Shown piece by piece: positions 35,895 to 45,163 of a stretch of 64,000 bases of DNA. The stretch lies in assembly GCA_963745095.1 (NCBI GenBank), contig CAVUWC010000005.1, forward strand, positions 340,581-404,580, read 5' to 3'. Below the pieces are notes generated by a model. That model was not told the origin of the DNA. It saw only the letters and a list, made by a program, of their open reading frames with translations, and did no database searches. Both the position numbers and the translations under genes were made by a program. Position 1 is the first letter of the stretch. The number at the start of each line of letters is the position of its first letter. Origin of the DNA: an uncultured Acidobacteriota bacterium. Its GTDB lineage: Bacteria > Acidobacteriota > Terriglobia > Acidiferrales > UBA7541.

Positions 35895-36860
35895 CTAATT
35901 CGTCTGTCGAGACACCGACGTCTGGTCACCAGACCGCACAGCGCCCGTGATTTCGGATGTCTTGCGCCAATCTACGTCATTGACGTCGACTCCGCCCTTG
36001 CGCCCCTGCGTGTCCACAAACATCAACAAGTCACCGTCTCTCTGGTACTTAGTCACCTCATAAGTTTCGTTGGACTTCAGCACCAGCACGGTAAGTCTTT
36101 CAATCGTCTGACGTTCGCCGGGTTGCGGCACAATGACCTGAACGCTTTCCGCGCTTTTGCTAGCGGTCGTGGGTTCAGTCGCCGTCGTCGCACTTGTGGG
36201 ACTCACACTCTGGACCGCGGCAAGTTGCATCACGTTTGCCTGAGGCTTTGCACTATAGGAGTACGAAGCCGGCCGCGAACTAGCGGCGTACGACGGGCGG
36301 TCTGGATGCATCACGCTTTGCGGCAGGACGATGTCATCCATCAACCGCAACTCCAGCGGCTCCTCACCCTTCAACGTCGGCCTCGGCCCGCGGAAGGGCA
36401 AGCTGATCACCTTCCACGGCCACATTGGCGGAATCATCCACTCCACGGTGTCGCGTGTGGCATGCCCTTTGCCATCGATGTCACCTTGTTTATCTACCTT
36501 GTACCCGCGAGCCTGAATCACCTTTGCCGGTAAAGGCAGGTCACCGTTGGGCAGCACTATCCTGTCAAACGTAATCCTCAGGTAGCCTTTTCCAACGAAG
36601 TGCCCTGGCTCCTTTTCGGCTTCCAGGTGTCCTCCCAGCATGCTGCCCCTGGGGAACATCGGCTTGCCAAACTCCTGCATGGTTCTCAGGTGGCACAGCA
36701 CGGGGTCACCAACTGCAGCCGTCGCCGAAGAAAAATTCGGCTCGTCCAAAGTACATTGCAATAGCGTCCCGGCCGGAACGAGTTGATCCTGAGCACGGAT
36801 CACCGTTGCCGACGCCAGTAGCGCCGTCGCACCCACCAAACTTCCGATGAGGCGTTTCAT
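35895..36860 (-). CDS. Secreted hypothetical protein
   Basis: ORF trimmed to the ATG at 36860 (MKRLIGSLVGATALLASATVIRAQ). It has a beta-rich N-domain, a Ser/Thr/Ala-rich linker and a small C-terminal domain. I recognise no family. Confidence 0.55.
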   Translation of the reverse strand: MKRLIGSLVGATALLASATVIRAQDQLVPAGTLLQCTLDEPNFSSATAAVGDPVLCHLRTMQEFGKPMFPRGSMLGGHLEAEKEPGHFVGKGYLRITFDRIVLPNGDLPLPAKVIQARGYKVDKQGDIDGKGHATRDTVEWMIPPMWPWKVISLPFRGPRPTLKGEEPLELRLMDDIVLPQSVMHPDRPSYAASSRPASYSYSAKPQANVMQLAAVQSVSPTSATTATEPTTASKSAESVQVIVPQPGERQTIERLTVLVLKSNETYEVTKYQRDGDLLMFVDTQGRKGGVDVNDVDWRKTSEITGAVRSGDQTSVSRQTN

Positions 36861-37300
36861 GTCATCCTCCAGCTTGTAGTTGTCTTCAAGCGGCAAGGCG
36901 AGCTAGCCGCTTCCGCCGACGGAAACGTCCGAACGTTTCCAACAGGACACTCAGAGATCTCCCCCGGTTGTCGGACCCCAACCCAGGGGGATTTAGAAAG
37001 TCGCTCAGAAAATGCTGTCTTCCTTAGGCGTGGGGCATTCTCTACGCGTTTTCTTCCAAGGCTGCCAAGTGATTTAGTCCCGGGTCTTGCCAGACCCGGT
37101 GAGACCCGCCTTAGCAAATTCTGTGGAAAACCGCCTTCGCGAGCTTATCCATCTATCGCCATCATACGAAAGGAGTTGTGCGTTGCGGTCACGTCTAAAA
37201 TCGCCCATATCGCTCTGTATTCGTCCAATCGAGTTGGACACCGGGCGCCCCAAGAGGTAAGATGGGGTTGTCCGTTGTGCCCCCAACCCTAAGGAGTGTC

Positions 37301-37576
37301 ATGAAACGCTTAGTTCCAATACCTAAGGGCCTTACCGACCACATGAAGCGAGCCGGAGAGACCGGCATAGGCTATCAGGTCGTTTCCGTAGAGCTCCGAG
37401 ACGGTCGAGCATTCGATCAGGTCGTAACAAGCGAGGGCTGCATCATCGAAGTCCGCGGGTTCAAGGAAATTCCCTTTGCCCCCGAGGAAGTAGCCGCGGT
37501 GAACGTGAACCACAAGCGTTGGAATTTCCGAGCTGGTTCAGAAGTGCGCCCCAAAGCTCGCGCAGCGACCGCTTGA
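37301..37576 (+). CDS. Small hypothetical protein
   Basis: The ATG at 37301 is preceded by AAGGAG 5 nt upstream. The 91-aa product (MKRLVPIPKGLTDHMKRAGETGIGYQVVSVELRDGRAF...) matches no family I recognise. Confidence 0.45.
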   Translation: MKRLVPIPKGLTDHMKRAGETGIGYQVVSVELRDGRAFDQVVTSEGCIIEVRGFKEIPFAPEEVAAVNVNHKRWNFRAGSEVRPKARAATA

Positions 37577-37669
37577 TCCTGCCGTTCCTCTATTGCCTTT
37601 CAATCCAAATTCCTCTGCGCTAACATCGCTGCATTTTGCGAAAGCCAAATTAGACTGGAAGACCCAATC

Positions 37670-39094
37670 GTGGCGAATCGTGTGTCAATGCGATGGTTTG
37701 GCGGCATGCTGGTGCTGACATTTTTTTTCCAGCTCATGACCATCGACACTGGCGTGGCGCGTCAGCAGCCGAATCCCTCAACTCCCCCCGTGCATTTGAC
37801 CGCGGAACAAGATCATCAGCGAACCATGGATGCGCTGCACATCGCTACCCTGCGTCGTGGCGCCGACGGCGATCCGAAATCCCCCAATGCCGCGAACTAC
37901 GATGAGGAGAAAGCCAAACCCGATCCCAAATTGCCCGACCCGCTGACGCTGAATGACGGAAAAAAGGTGGCAACGGCCAAAGTATGGTGGGATGTGCGCC
38001 GGCCCGAGATTGTCGAGTATTTTGCCCGTGAAATCTATGGCCGCGCCCCGAAGGTAACTCCGAAAGTCACCTGGGAAGTAACAAGCACGCTCCGCGAATT
38101 GAACGGCGATGTTCCGGTTGTCACCAAGAAGCTTGTCGGCCACGTAGACAATTCCTCCTACCCCGCCATCAGCGTCGATATTCAACTCACCTTGACCACG
38201 CCGGTAAACGCACTCGGCCCGGTGCCGGTAATGATGGAACTGAGCTTCAGCCCTGAGTTTCTGGCCGCAATCGCGAAGCGCTATCCAGAGATGACCGCCG
38301 CCGGCACCAAGGGGCCGACTTGGCAGCAGCAAGTCTTAGCAAAAGGCTGGGGCTATGCCGTTCTAATCCCCACCAGCGTCCAAGCCGATAAGGGCGATGG
38401 ACTAACAGAAGGCATCATCGGTCTCGTAAACAAAGGCCAGCCGCGCAAGCTCGACGATTGGGGCGCCCTCCGCGCGTGGGCTTGGGGTGCAAGCCGCGCG
38501 ATGGACTATTTCGAGACAGACAAAGCTGTCGACGCTCATCAAATCGGCATCGAAGGCCATTCTCGCTATGGCAAAGCGGCGCTGGTGACGATGGCCTACG
38601 ATCCGCGGTACGCGATTGCTTATGTGAGTTCTTCCGGAGCAGGCGGAGCCGCTCTCTGGCGCAGGAATTTTGGCGAGCAAATCGGCAACGTCGCAGGCAT
38701 CGGCGAATATCACTGGATGGCGGGAAATTTCTTGAAGTATGCCGGGCCGCTCACACCCAACGACTTGCCGATCGACTCGCATGAACTGATCGCGCTCGCC
38801 GCGCCGCGCCCTGTATTTATCGGCGCAGGCGCGACGCAAGGCGATGGCTGGGTGGACGCCCGCGGAATGTTCCTGGCCACAGCTGCCGCAGGACCGGTCT
38901 ACGTTCTTCTCGGGAAAAAAGATCTGGGCACTTCAGAATTTCCGCCGATCGAAACTCCGCTCATCGACGGCGACCTTGCCTACCGGCAACACAGCGGCGG
39001 CCATACGCCCGCCCCCAATTGGCCCACATTCCTCACCTTTGCCAGCCGCTACATCAAAGGCCCCGGAGTCTCGGCTACGGCAATACCTGAGTAA
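37670..39094 (+). CDS. Secreted alpha/beta-hydrolase, glucuronoyl-esterase (CE15)-like
   Basis: 474 aa with a signal peptide. The nucleophile motif IEGHSRYGKAAL resembles the CE15 G-C-S-R-x-G-K signature, and there is a C-terminal HSGGHT motif. The start (GTG 37670 or ATG 37688) is uncertain. Confidence 0.55.
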   Translation: MANRVSMRWFGGMLVLTFFFQLMTIDTGVARQQPNPSTPPVHLTAEQDHQRTMDALHIATLRRGADGDPKSPNAANYDEEKAKPDPKLPDPLTLNDGKKVATAKVWWDVRRPEIVEYFAREIYGRAPKVTPKVTWEVTSTLRELNGDVPVVTKKLVGHVDNSSYPAISVDIQLTLTTPVNALGPVPVMMELSFSPEFLAAIAKRYPEMTAAGTKGPTWQQQVLAKGWGYAVLIPTSVQADKGDGLTEGIIGLVNKGQPRKLDDWGALRAWAWGASRAMDYFETDKAVDAHQIGIEGHSRYGKAALVTMAYDPRYAIAYVSSSGAGGAALWRRNFGEQIGNVAGIGEYHWMAGNFLKYAGPLTPNDLPIDSHELIALAAPRPVFIGAGATQGDGWVDARGMFLATAAAGPVYVLLGKKDLGTSEFPPIETPLIDGDLAYRQHSGGHTPAPNWPTFLTFASRYIKGPGVSATAIPE

Positions 39095-39164
39095 TTTTCA
39101 CGGAAGGGACATCAAAAAAAATTAGTTTTGCGACTCGCTCCATTTTCACCGGCTCGCAAGCGCA

Positions 39165-41792
39165 TCAATGCTTTTTAAGCTCCGCAGTCCAATTGTCCAG
39201 CAGCGTCAACGGCGACGAATTGTCGGAGACCAGCGAATTGATCACGAATCTCCCGTCGGGGGTCACATCGTACTGGGTACTGACGAAAGTAGGCGCAATA
39301 ACCCGCGTCTGAAACAAGACGCGTGGCGCGCTCGCCGACTTCTTCTCTGCATCAAAAGCGACGCTCATCAACTTCCTGTCTGGCGCAATGTATGTAATTT
39401 CCCGGCCATCTCGGCTCCAGACCGCCTGTGAACCGCCGCCGCTCGATATCTGAATCCGTCCACTCGAACCTGGGAACGGCTGTACGGCAATTCCATCGAA
39501 ACCCGTGTAAGCGATCCATTTGCCATCTGGAGAGAATCGAGCCTCCGCCCCGGGAGACGCAATCTCTGAGACCTGATGGTCTGCGTGCGAGTAGACCCAG
39601 AGTGCCGCTCGCCGTTCAAGATTCAAGTAGGAAATATGATTGTCTGGCGACCAATCGAGATGGCGCATCTTGGCCCCTTTTACGAGAAGCTGAGGAGCAG
39701 AAGATCCATCTAATGGAACCTCGTATAAATAGGAAACGTTTCCCGTTCCCGTTACATACGCGATTCTCTTTCCGTCGTGCGACCAAGTGGACTCCTCTTC
39801 GCTTCCTCCATCGGTGACGGGCGTGGAAACGCCTCTCTCCAAGTCGTATACCTTCAGAAAATACTTTCCATTCCTCGCGTCATCAGAAGAAACCAGCAAC
39901 TTCCGGCCATCCGGCGACACTCTCGGATAACTATACCCGCTCACCGGGATCTGACTCAGTTCCTTGCCCGCCCTGTCAAACCAAATGAGCCGGGTATTCG
40001 CGTCCGCTGCAGACTGAAACACCAGCAAACCGGTCTGCGATATCGAAAACCCAGAATGCATGAATCCCGTATCTGTTGACATCTCTTGTTCCACGACGGG
40101 CTCGATAGTTCCGCTGAGTTCCATTCTCCCAGCATCGAATGGTTGCGCCATCAAGCTGCGGTCTCGGACAAAGAGCAAATGCCCGGAGGCAAATGCCACG
40201 TTGCTCAGTATCTCTGTGGAAACCAGTTTCGATTCCCCAGTACTAAGCGATCCAGCGTAGATCCCATTGCTCTGGGTAACCGCGGGGCCGCTCCAATCGA
40301 CAAGGTACAAAAAGTGGTTGCCATCCGGCAGAAAATAAGGCCACCGGTGCCCCTCGCCACTCCCTTCGCGAGCAGTCTTTGTCACCTGCCTGGCTTCTCC
40401 ACCGCGGTCCGCAACCTCATAAAGCGGTCCAGTGATCGCCGGAGCAAACAAAATGTCTCCACCCCGGTTCCATGTGCCGCCACGGCCCGTCGGCGCGCCG
40501 CAGAGTATCTTCAGGGCGCCGCTTTCTGGGTCGAGTATTCTGAGCTTCCCATCTGCAAAGAATCCCACACGACGGCTATCTGGCGACCAGAAGGGATACA
40601 TCGCGCCCTCGGTTCCGCTAAACTCCTGCGCGCTGGCAACCGAGAGCGAGCGTACCCAAAGCGTGCTCTTACCCTCTTGGCTCACCGCGACAAACGCAAG
40701 GCGCGTGCCATCTGGGGACACAGCGAAATTGTGAGCCTCATAAGACGAATTCGAGGGCGGCAACAATGACGATCGCACAGTGTGCGCCGTCTCCGTCGCG
40801 CTTCGGCTGTAGCTCCAAATCAATACCACCACAGCAAGGAGCAGCCCCGCCGACCATGCCAGACGTTCCCACATCCTTGACGTCGCCGGCACCGCAGCTG
40901 ACGCGTGTGCCTCCGTGCTCGGATCCTCGATAGACTTCAGCCTGAGCTTTACGTCGTGCGCGGACTGCCATCGCTCCTCGGGGTCCTTTGCGAGGCAATC
41001 GCGCACCACTTGCTCCAGCGCCACGGGGCTTACCGGCTGAAGCTTCGAAATGGGCGCGGGGTCCGAGGTTAGGATCGCCGCGATCAGGCTCGCCTTTGAC
41101 TTCCCCGAAAAGGCTGGCACTCCCGTCGCCATCTCATATAGCACTTCGCCGAAGCCAAATAGATCCGTCCGCGTATCTGCTTCTTTTCCTTCCAGTTGCT
41201 CCGGCGCCATGTAGCGGAATGTCCCTACGATAGTGCCCTGTTCCGTCAGTTTCCCCGGCGACCCTGTCAAGGTCTTCAGCGTTTCCGCTTCCGACGCGCT
41301 CCCGCCACTCCACTTCGCCAAACCGAAATCCAGCAGCTTCGCCCCAGACTTGGTCAGCATAATGTTGGAGGGTTTCAAATCGCGGTGGATCACCCCGCTG
41401 CGATGGGCTTTCTCTAGCGCTTCTGCAATCTCAATCCCATATCGCAGCAACAATTTCGTCGGTAGTGGCCCCTTTTCCAGCCGTTTCTCAAGCGTATCGC
41501 CTTCGACATACTCCAAAACAAGATACTCAACGCCATCCTGATTTCCCACGTCGTACAACGCACAAATGTTCGGGTGATTTAGTGAGGAAATCGTCCGCGC
41601 TTCGCGCTCGAATCGCTGCCGTCTTTCTTCATCCAGGGGAATGTTTGCGGGAAGAACCTTGATCGCTACGTCGCGGCCAAGCCGTGTATCCGTAGCGCGA
41701 TACACCTCTCCCATCCCGCCCGCGCCCAGCGGGGCGACGATCTCGTAGGGTCCCAGTTTCGTGCCTGGAGAAAGCGCCATCGTTTGTTGCAA
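39165..41792 (-). CDS. Ser/Thr protein kinase fused to a TolB-like (PD40/WD40-like) beta-propeller
   Basis: 875 aa with kinase motifs (GAGGMGEVYRA, HRDLKPSNIM, DFGLAK, MAPEQ) and one TM helix. A long region of repeated F/WSPDG blades follows (SPDGTRLAF, WSPDSRRVGF, SPDGRKLLV, SHDGKRIAY, SPDGKWIAY, SRDGREITY). Confidence 0.9.
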   Translation of the reverse strand: MQQTMALSPGTKLGPYEIVAPLGAGGMGEVYRATDTRLGRDVAIKVLPANIPLDEERRQRFEREARTISSLNHPNICALYDVGNQDGVEYLVLEYVEGDTLEKRLEKGPLPTKLLLRYGIEIAEALEKAHRSGVIHRDLKPSNIMLTKSGAKLLDFGLAKWSGGSASEAETLKTLTGSPGKLTEQGTIVGTFRYMAPEQLEGKEADTRTDLFGFGEVLYEMATGVPAFSGKSKASLIAAILTSDPAPISKLQPVSPVALEQVVRDCLAKDPEERWQSAHDVKLRLKSIEDPSTEAHASAAVPATSRMWERLAWSAGLLLAVVVLIWSYSRSATETAHTVRSSLLPPSNSSYEAHNFAVSPDGTRLAFVAVSQEGKSTLWVRSLSVASAQEFSGTEGAMYPFWSPDSRRVGFFADGKLRILDPESGALKILCGAPTGRGGTWNRGGDILFAPAITGPLYEVADRGGEARQVTKTAREGSGEGHRWPYFLPDGNHFLYLVDWSGPAVTQSNGIYAGSLSTGESKLVSTEILSNVAFASGHLLFVRDRSLMAQPFDAGRMELSGTIEPVVEQEMSTDTGFMHSGFSISQTGLLVFQSAADANTRLIWFDRAGKELSQIPVSGYSYPRVSPDGRKLLVSSDDARNGKYFLKVYDLERGVSTPVTDGGSEEESTWSHDGKRIAYVTGTGNVSYLYEVPLDGSSAPQLLVKGAKMRHLDWSPDNHISYLNLERRAALWVYSHADHQVSEIASPGAEARFSPDGKWIAYTGFDGIAVQPFPGSSGRIQISSGGGSQAVWSRDGREITYIAPDRKLMSVAFDAEKKSASAPRVLFQTRVIAPTFVSTQYDVTPDGRFVINSLVSDNSSPLTLLDNWTAELKKH

Positions 41793-41975
41793 GTATACAG
41801 ATTCGCCAGCCCAGAGGGCCTATAAGAGTAGGAACTAAGCCGAATCTGCAAATGAATACGCCGGAATGGCCGATCGAGGCGATAAACGAATACTCGCGCC
41901 TTAGCCTATTTCGCTTAACGGAAAGGCAGGATGTTACATCCAGTCGGGCGAATCACCCGAGATTCTATATTTCAA

Positions 41976-43025
41976 CTAGTTCCCCGAAGCGGACGCCGGA
42001 CTGCCCGGCGCGTAGTACCCGTTGCGGGTGCGCGCCACTAGCTTGCCGCGGCCACGCGGCGGAATCACCTGCACACTCACCGTGCGGAACGTTCCATCTT
42101 TCTTGGTGTTCGAAGGATAGTAGGCCAGCGTGTACTGATTGCGAATGTCATGGGCTACCTGCTCGCAGATGGCGTGCACGTCATCAACGCTTTCTGGAAA
42201 AAATGCCAGTCCGCCCGACGCTTCGGCGATATGCCTTAGCGCTTTCATCGCATTATTCTTGTCTTTTCTCTTTTCCTCGCCGAGCAGCCCGATCGTATAG
42301 ATCACCGTGTCGGTCTTCTGAATTTCGCGAATGGTCTTTTCCAGAGAGTTGTGGCTCGCGTTGTCTTCTCCATCCGTAACCACAAGAAGTACGCGCTTGT
42401 CTTTGCCGGCTTTCTTCAGATGATCGATCGAGCCGATGATCGCGTCATAGAGCGCCGTACTGCCTCGCGAATCGATGCGCTCCAGCGCTTCCTTCAATTC
42501 CGGAATGTTGTTGCTGAAATCCTTATCAAGGTCCAGATAGAAATCGTCGTTGAAGTTCACCACGAAAGCTTCGTCCTGCGGGTTGCTGGACTCCACCAGC
42601 GTCAGCGCCGCTTCGTTCACGCGCGGCCGCTTGTCGCGCATGCTCCCGCTATTGTCGATAACGAGCCCCATACTGACAGGAACATCCTCGCGCTTGAAAA
42701 CAGTAAGCTTCTGCTCAACTTTGTCTTCGAAAATGCGAAAATTCTCGGCCTTCAAACCGTCCGCGAACTTGTCGCGATCATCCAGCACGCTGGTGTGCAG
42801 CACCACCAGCCCAACGTCCACCTTGATGACCGAACCCTGTTTCCCTGCATTGGGATCTTGCCCTGGAGGAAGCGGCTGCGCACTCGGAATGGGAATTTGT
42901 GCAATCGCCGGCGAGAGCAAAAATCCCGCCGCACAAAGAAGCACAAGAAGACGTGATAACGAAGAAATGCTCAAGAACGAAACGTTAGTGGCTGGGCGCG
43001 TAATACCCTGTCTTGGAGAAAACAT
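41976..43025 (-). CDS. Secreted VWA-domain protein (acidobacterial VWFA-related type)
   Basis: MIDAS motif VSMGLVIDNSGSM, and a C-terminal end (...NGYYAP) paralogous to the upstream gene. The start is uncertain: ATG 43025 overlaps the upstream gene by 41 nt, and TTG 42974 is an alternative. Confidence 0.78.
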   Translation of the reverse strand: MFSPRQGITRPATNVSFLSISSLSRLLVLLCAAGFLLSPAIAQIPIPSAQPLPPGQDPNAGKQGSVIKVDVGLVVLHTSVLDDRDKFADGLKAENFRIFEDKVEQKLTVFKREDVPVSMGLVIDNSGSMRDKRPRVNEAALTLVESSNPQDEAFVVNFNDDFYLDLDKDFSNNIPELKEALERIDSRGSTALYDAIIGSIDHLKKAGKDKRVLLVVTDGEDNASHNSLEKTIREIQKTDTVIYTIGLLGEEKRKDKNNAMKALRHIAEASGGLAFFPESVDDVHAICEQVAHDIRNQYTLAYYPSNTKKDGTFRTVSVQVIPPRGRGKLVARTRNGYYAPGSPASASGN

Positions 43026-44157
43026 TGAGCGGCGGCAGCCCTTTCGGAGCCCGCAGCCGTATCTTGATTTTTCTCCATCGTGCATCATGCGCTTTATTGC
43101 TCGGCCGATATCCCAGGACATATTGATTTCGCAGCTCCATGCCAATTTTTGAGGCAATGTCCGGAAGGTCTTCTAACCTCTCAACCGGGAATACGCGGCC
43201 CCCCGTCATCTCCGTGATTTCAGAAAGCAACGATGGACCGTTCAGTTCTTCCGGCGTCCGGTTCCGATATCCAAGCGCGTCAAAGATGCCGACTGCATAG
43301 AGCTGGGTGTCCGCTTCCTTCACCAGGCGCTTGATATCGCTCTCATTGTAGCGGCTATGATTATCTCCTCCATCGGATAAGATGAGCAAGGCGCGTTTGC
43401 CGTTGTGTGCACCCCTCATTTGGCTCAACCCGAGGTAGAGCGCATCCAGCAATGCTGTGCGGCCCTTCGCGGACGTCAGCATCAGGCTGCTCTGCAAATC
43501 TTCCACGCTGTTCGTGAACGCGCTTGTCAGCTCTGCCCGCTCGTTGAAGCTCACCAGGAAAAATTCGTCCTGCGGATTGGCCGTCTTGAAGAATTGCACC
43601 GCGGCTTCCCGCGCTTTCCCAACCTTATTCGCCATGCTCCCGCTGAAATCAAAAATCACGCCAATCGAGATCGGCACGTCTTCGGCGGAAAACGTCACCA
43701 CTTCCTGTTCCACGTTGTCTTCGAAGACACGAAAATTCTCCATCTCCAGGCCCGTCACCAAGCGATTGTAAGGATCCGTAACGGTCACGTTGACCAGCGC
43801 GAGGTCCACGTCCATTTTCAAAGTTCGTCCAGGCTTCAGCACTTGCCCAGGCGTGTTCTTCTTTACGCTATCCTTGGGCTTCTTCTCATTCTGCTTGTCT
43901 GGATCTTGCTTGGTGTCGTCGGCGGGAGATTGGGGCGGAGGTGGGGCCTGGGGTTGCGCTGGGGATTGCGCACCGAATTGCGCTTGTTGCGCGGCTAGAA
44001 TTGCCGTGTGAGACACGACAAGGCAGGCAAGTACCAGCACTACAACGGAAAATATAAAAACGCGAAAACTGTGCCTATCGCGTTTCACGGCACCCCCATC
44101 GTTCCGGTTACCCGAAACGGCCGCGCGGCTCGGACTACGCGTGATTCTACCACTCAT
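42985..44157 (-). CDS. Secreted VWA-domain protein (acidobacterial VWFA-related type)
   Basis: 390 aa with a TM/signal segment, a Pro/Gln-rich linker, the MIDAS motif ISIGVIFDFSGSM and a C-terminal ...KTGYYAP. It is a tandem paralogue of 41976-43025. Confidence 0.8.
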   Translation of the reverse strand: MSGRITRSPSRAAVSGNRNDGGAVKRDRHSFRVFIFSVVVLVLACLVVSHTAILAAQQAQFGAQSPAQPQAPPPPQSPADDTKQDPDKQNEKKPKDSVKKNTPGQVLKPGRTLKMDVDLALVNVTVTDPYNRLVTGLEMENFRVFEDNVEQEVVTFSAEDVPISIGVIFDFSGSMANKVGKAREAAVQFFKTANPQDEFFLVSFNERAELTSAFTNSVEDLQSSLMLTSAKGRTALLDALYLGLSQMRGAHNGKRALLILSDGGDNHSRYNESDIKRLVKEADTQLYAVGIFDALGYRNRTPEELNGPSLLSEITEMTGGRVFPVERLEDLPDIASKIGMELRNQYVLGYRPSNKAHDARWRKIKIRLRAPKGLPPLNVFSKTGYYAPSH

Positions 44158-44357
44158 ACATCCGAAGACAAGGCCAATCCTGTACCAACTCGCCGCTGGG
44201 ACTCGCCAGCTCAGCCCATCGCCGGTCTCCGTTCGGCAGACCAGCCATCGGCTCGATGGGTAACGAACAGCTTGGGAATTCCCCAGCTTAAAGACTAAGG
44301 CCAGTGCCCAAATATTCCCGAATGTGCGAGACTCGGAGCCTTAGGAGACCACGCTGC

Positions 44358-45104
44358 ATGAGTTCGGCTAATCCAGAAGTCGTCATCGTCATTCCCGCCC
44401 GCTTTGGGTCCACACGTCTGCCAGGCAAACCTCTCGTCTCACTCGCTGGCAAGCCGATGATTCAGCACGTCTATGAGCGGTCCAAGCTAGCCACTCGATC
44501 CAGCCGTGTCATTGTTGCCACCGACGATGAACGCATTGTGAAAGCCGTCGAAAGCTTCGGCGGCACCGCCCGCATGACCCGCCACGACCATCGCACCGGC
44601 ACCGAGCGTGTCGCCGAAGTCGCGGCCCACGAAAAGGGCGACATCTTCGTGAATGTTCAGGGAGACGAACCGCTCCTTGACCCCGTCTCCGTCGATACCG
44701 CGATCGAAGCCCTTCTCGAAGAGCCCGCCGCCTCCATCGCGACGGTAGCCACCCCGATCAAAACTCCCGCCGACATCATGGACCCCAACGTCATAAAAAC
44801 CGTCCTCGATTTCGACAACAACGGTCTCTATTTCTCGCGCGCGCCAATTCCCTGGGTGCGCGACACTGCCAGCAAAATTCAGGTCCGCCACCTGAAGCAC
44901 CTCGGCCTCTACGTCTTCCAGCGCGACGCCCTCCTCGAATATCCGACCCTCCCGCAGGGCGAACTCGAACGCATCGAACAGCTCGAACAGCTTCGATGGC
45001 TCGAAAACGGCTGGAAAATTCGCGTAGCCGAAGTCGAACACGACGCGGTAAGCGTGGACGTCCCGGATGACGTCGCCCGCGTCGAAAAGCTCCTCCAAAA
45101 ATAA
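44358..45104 (+). CDS. kdsB: 3-deoxy-manno-octulosonate cytidylyltransferase (KdsB)
   Basis: ORF trimmed to the ATG at 44358, preceded by AGGAG 10 nt upstream. The N-terminal motif is VVIVIPARFGSTRLPGKPL, and the sequence is KdsB-like along its full length (NVQGDEPL). Confidence 0.92.
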   Translation: MSSANPEVVIVIPARFGSTRLPGKPLVSLAGKPMIQHVYERSKLATRSSRVIVATDDERIVKAVESFGGTARMTRHDHRTGTERVAEVAAHEKGDIFVNVQGDEPLLDPVSVDTAIEALLEEPAASIATVATPIKTPADIMDPNVIKTVLDFDNNGLYFSRAPIPWVRDTASKIQVRHLKHLGLYVFQRDALLEYPTLPQGELERIEQLEQLRWLENGWKIRVAEVEHDAVSVDVPDDVARVEKLLQK

Positions 45105-45106
45105 AA

Positions 45107-45132
45107 CCGCCCGGCTCGCGAAAGCCGGGCGG
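45107..45132. terminator. Bidirectional stem-loop between convergent kdsB and lipoprotein genes
   Basis: CCGCCCGGCT-cgcgaa-AGCCGGGCGG forms a perfect 10-bp GC-rich stem starting 3 nt after the kdsB stop. Confidence 0.6.
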
Positions 45133-45163
45133 CTCTACTCCTGCCTGTTTGCTTGAAACGAAA

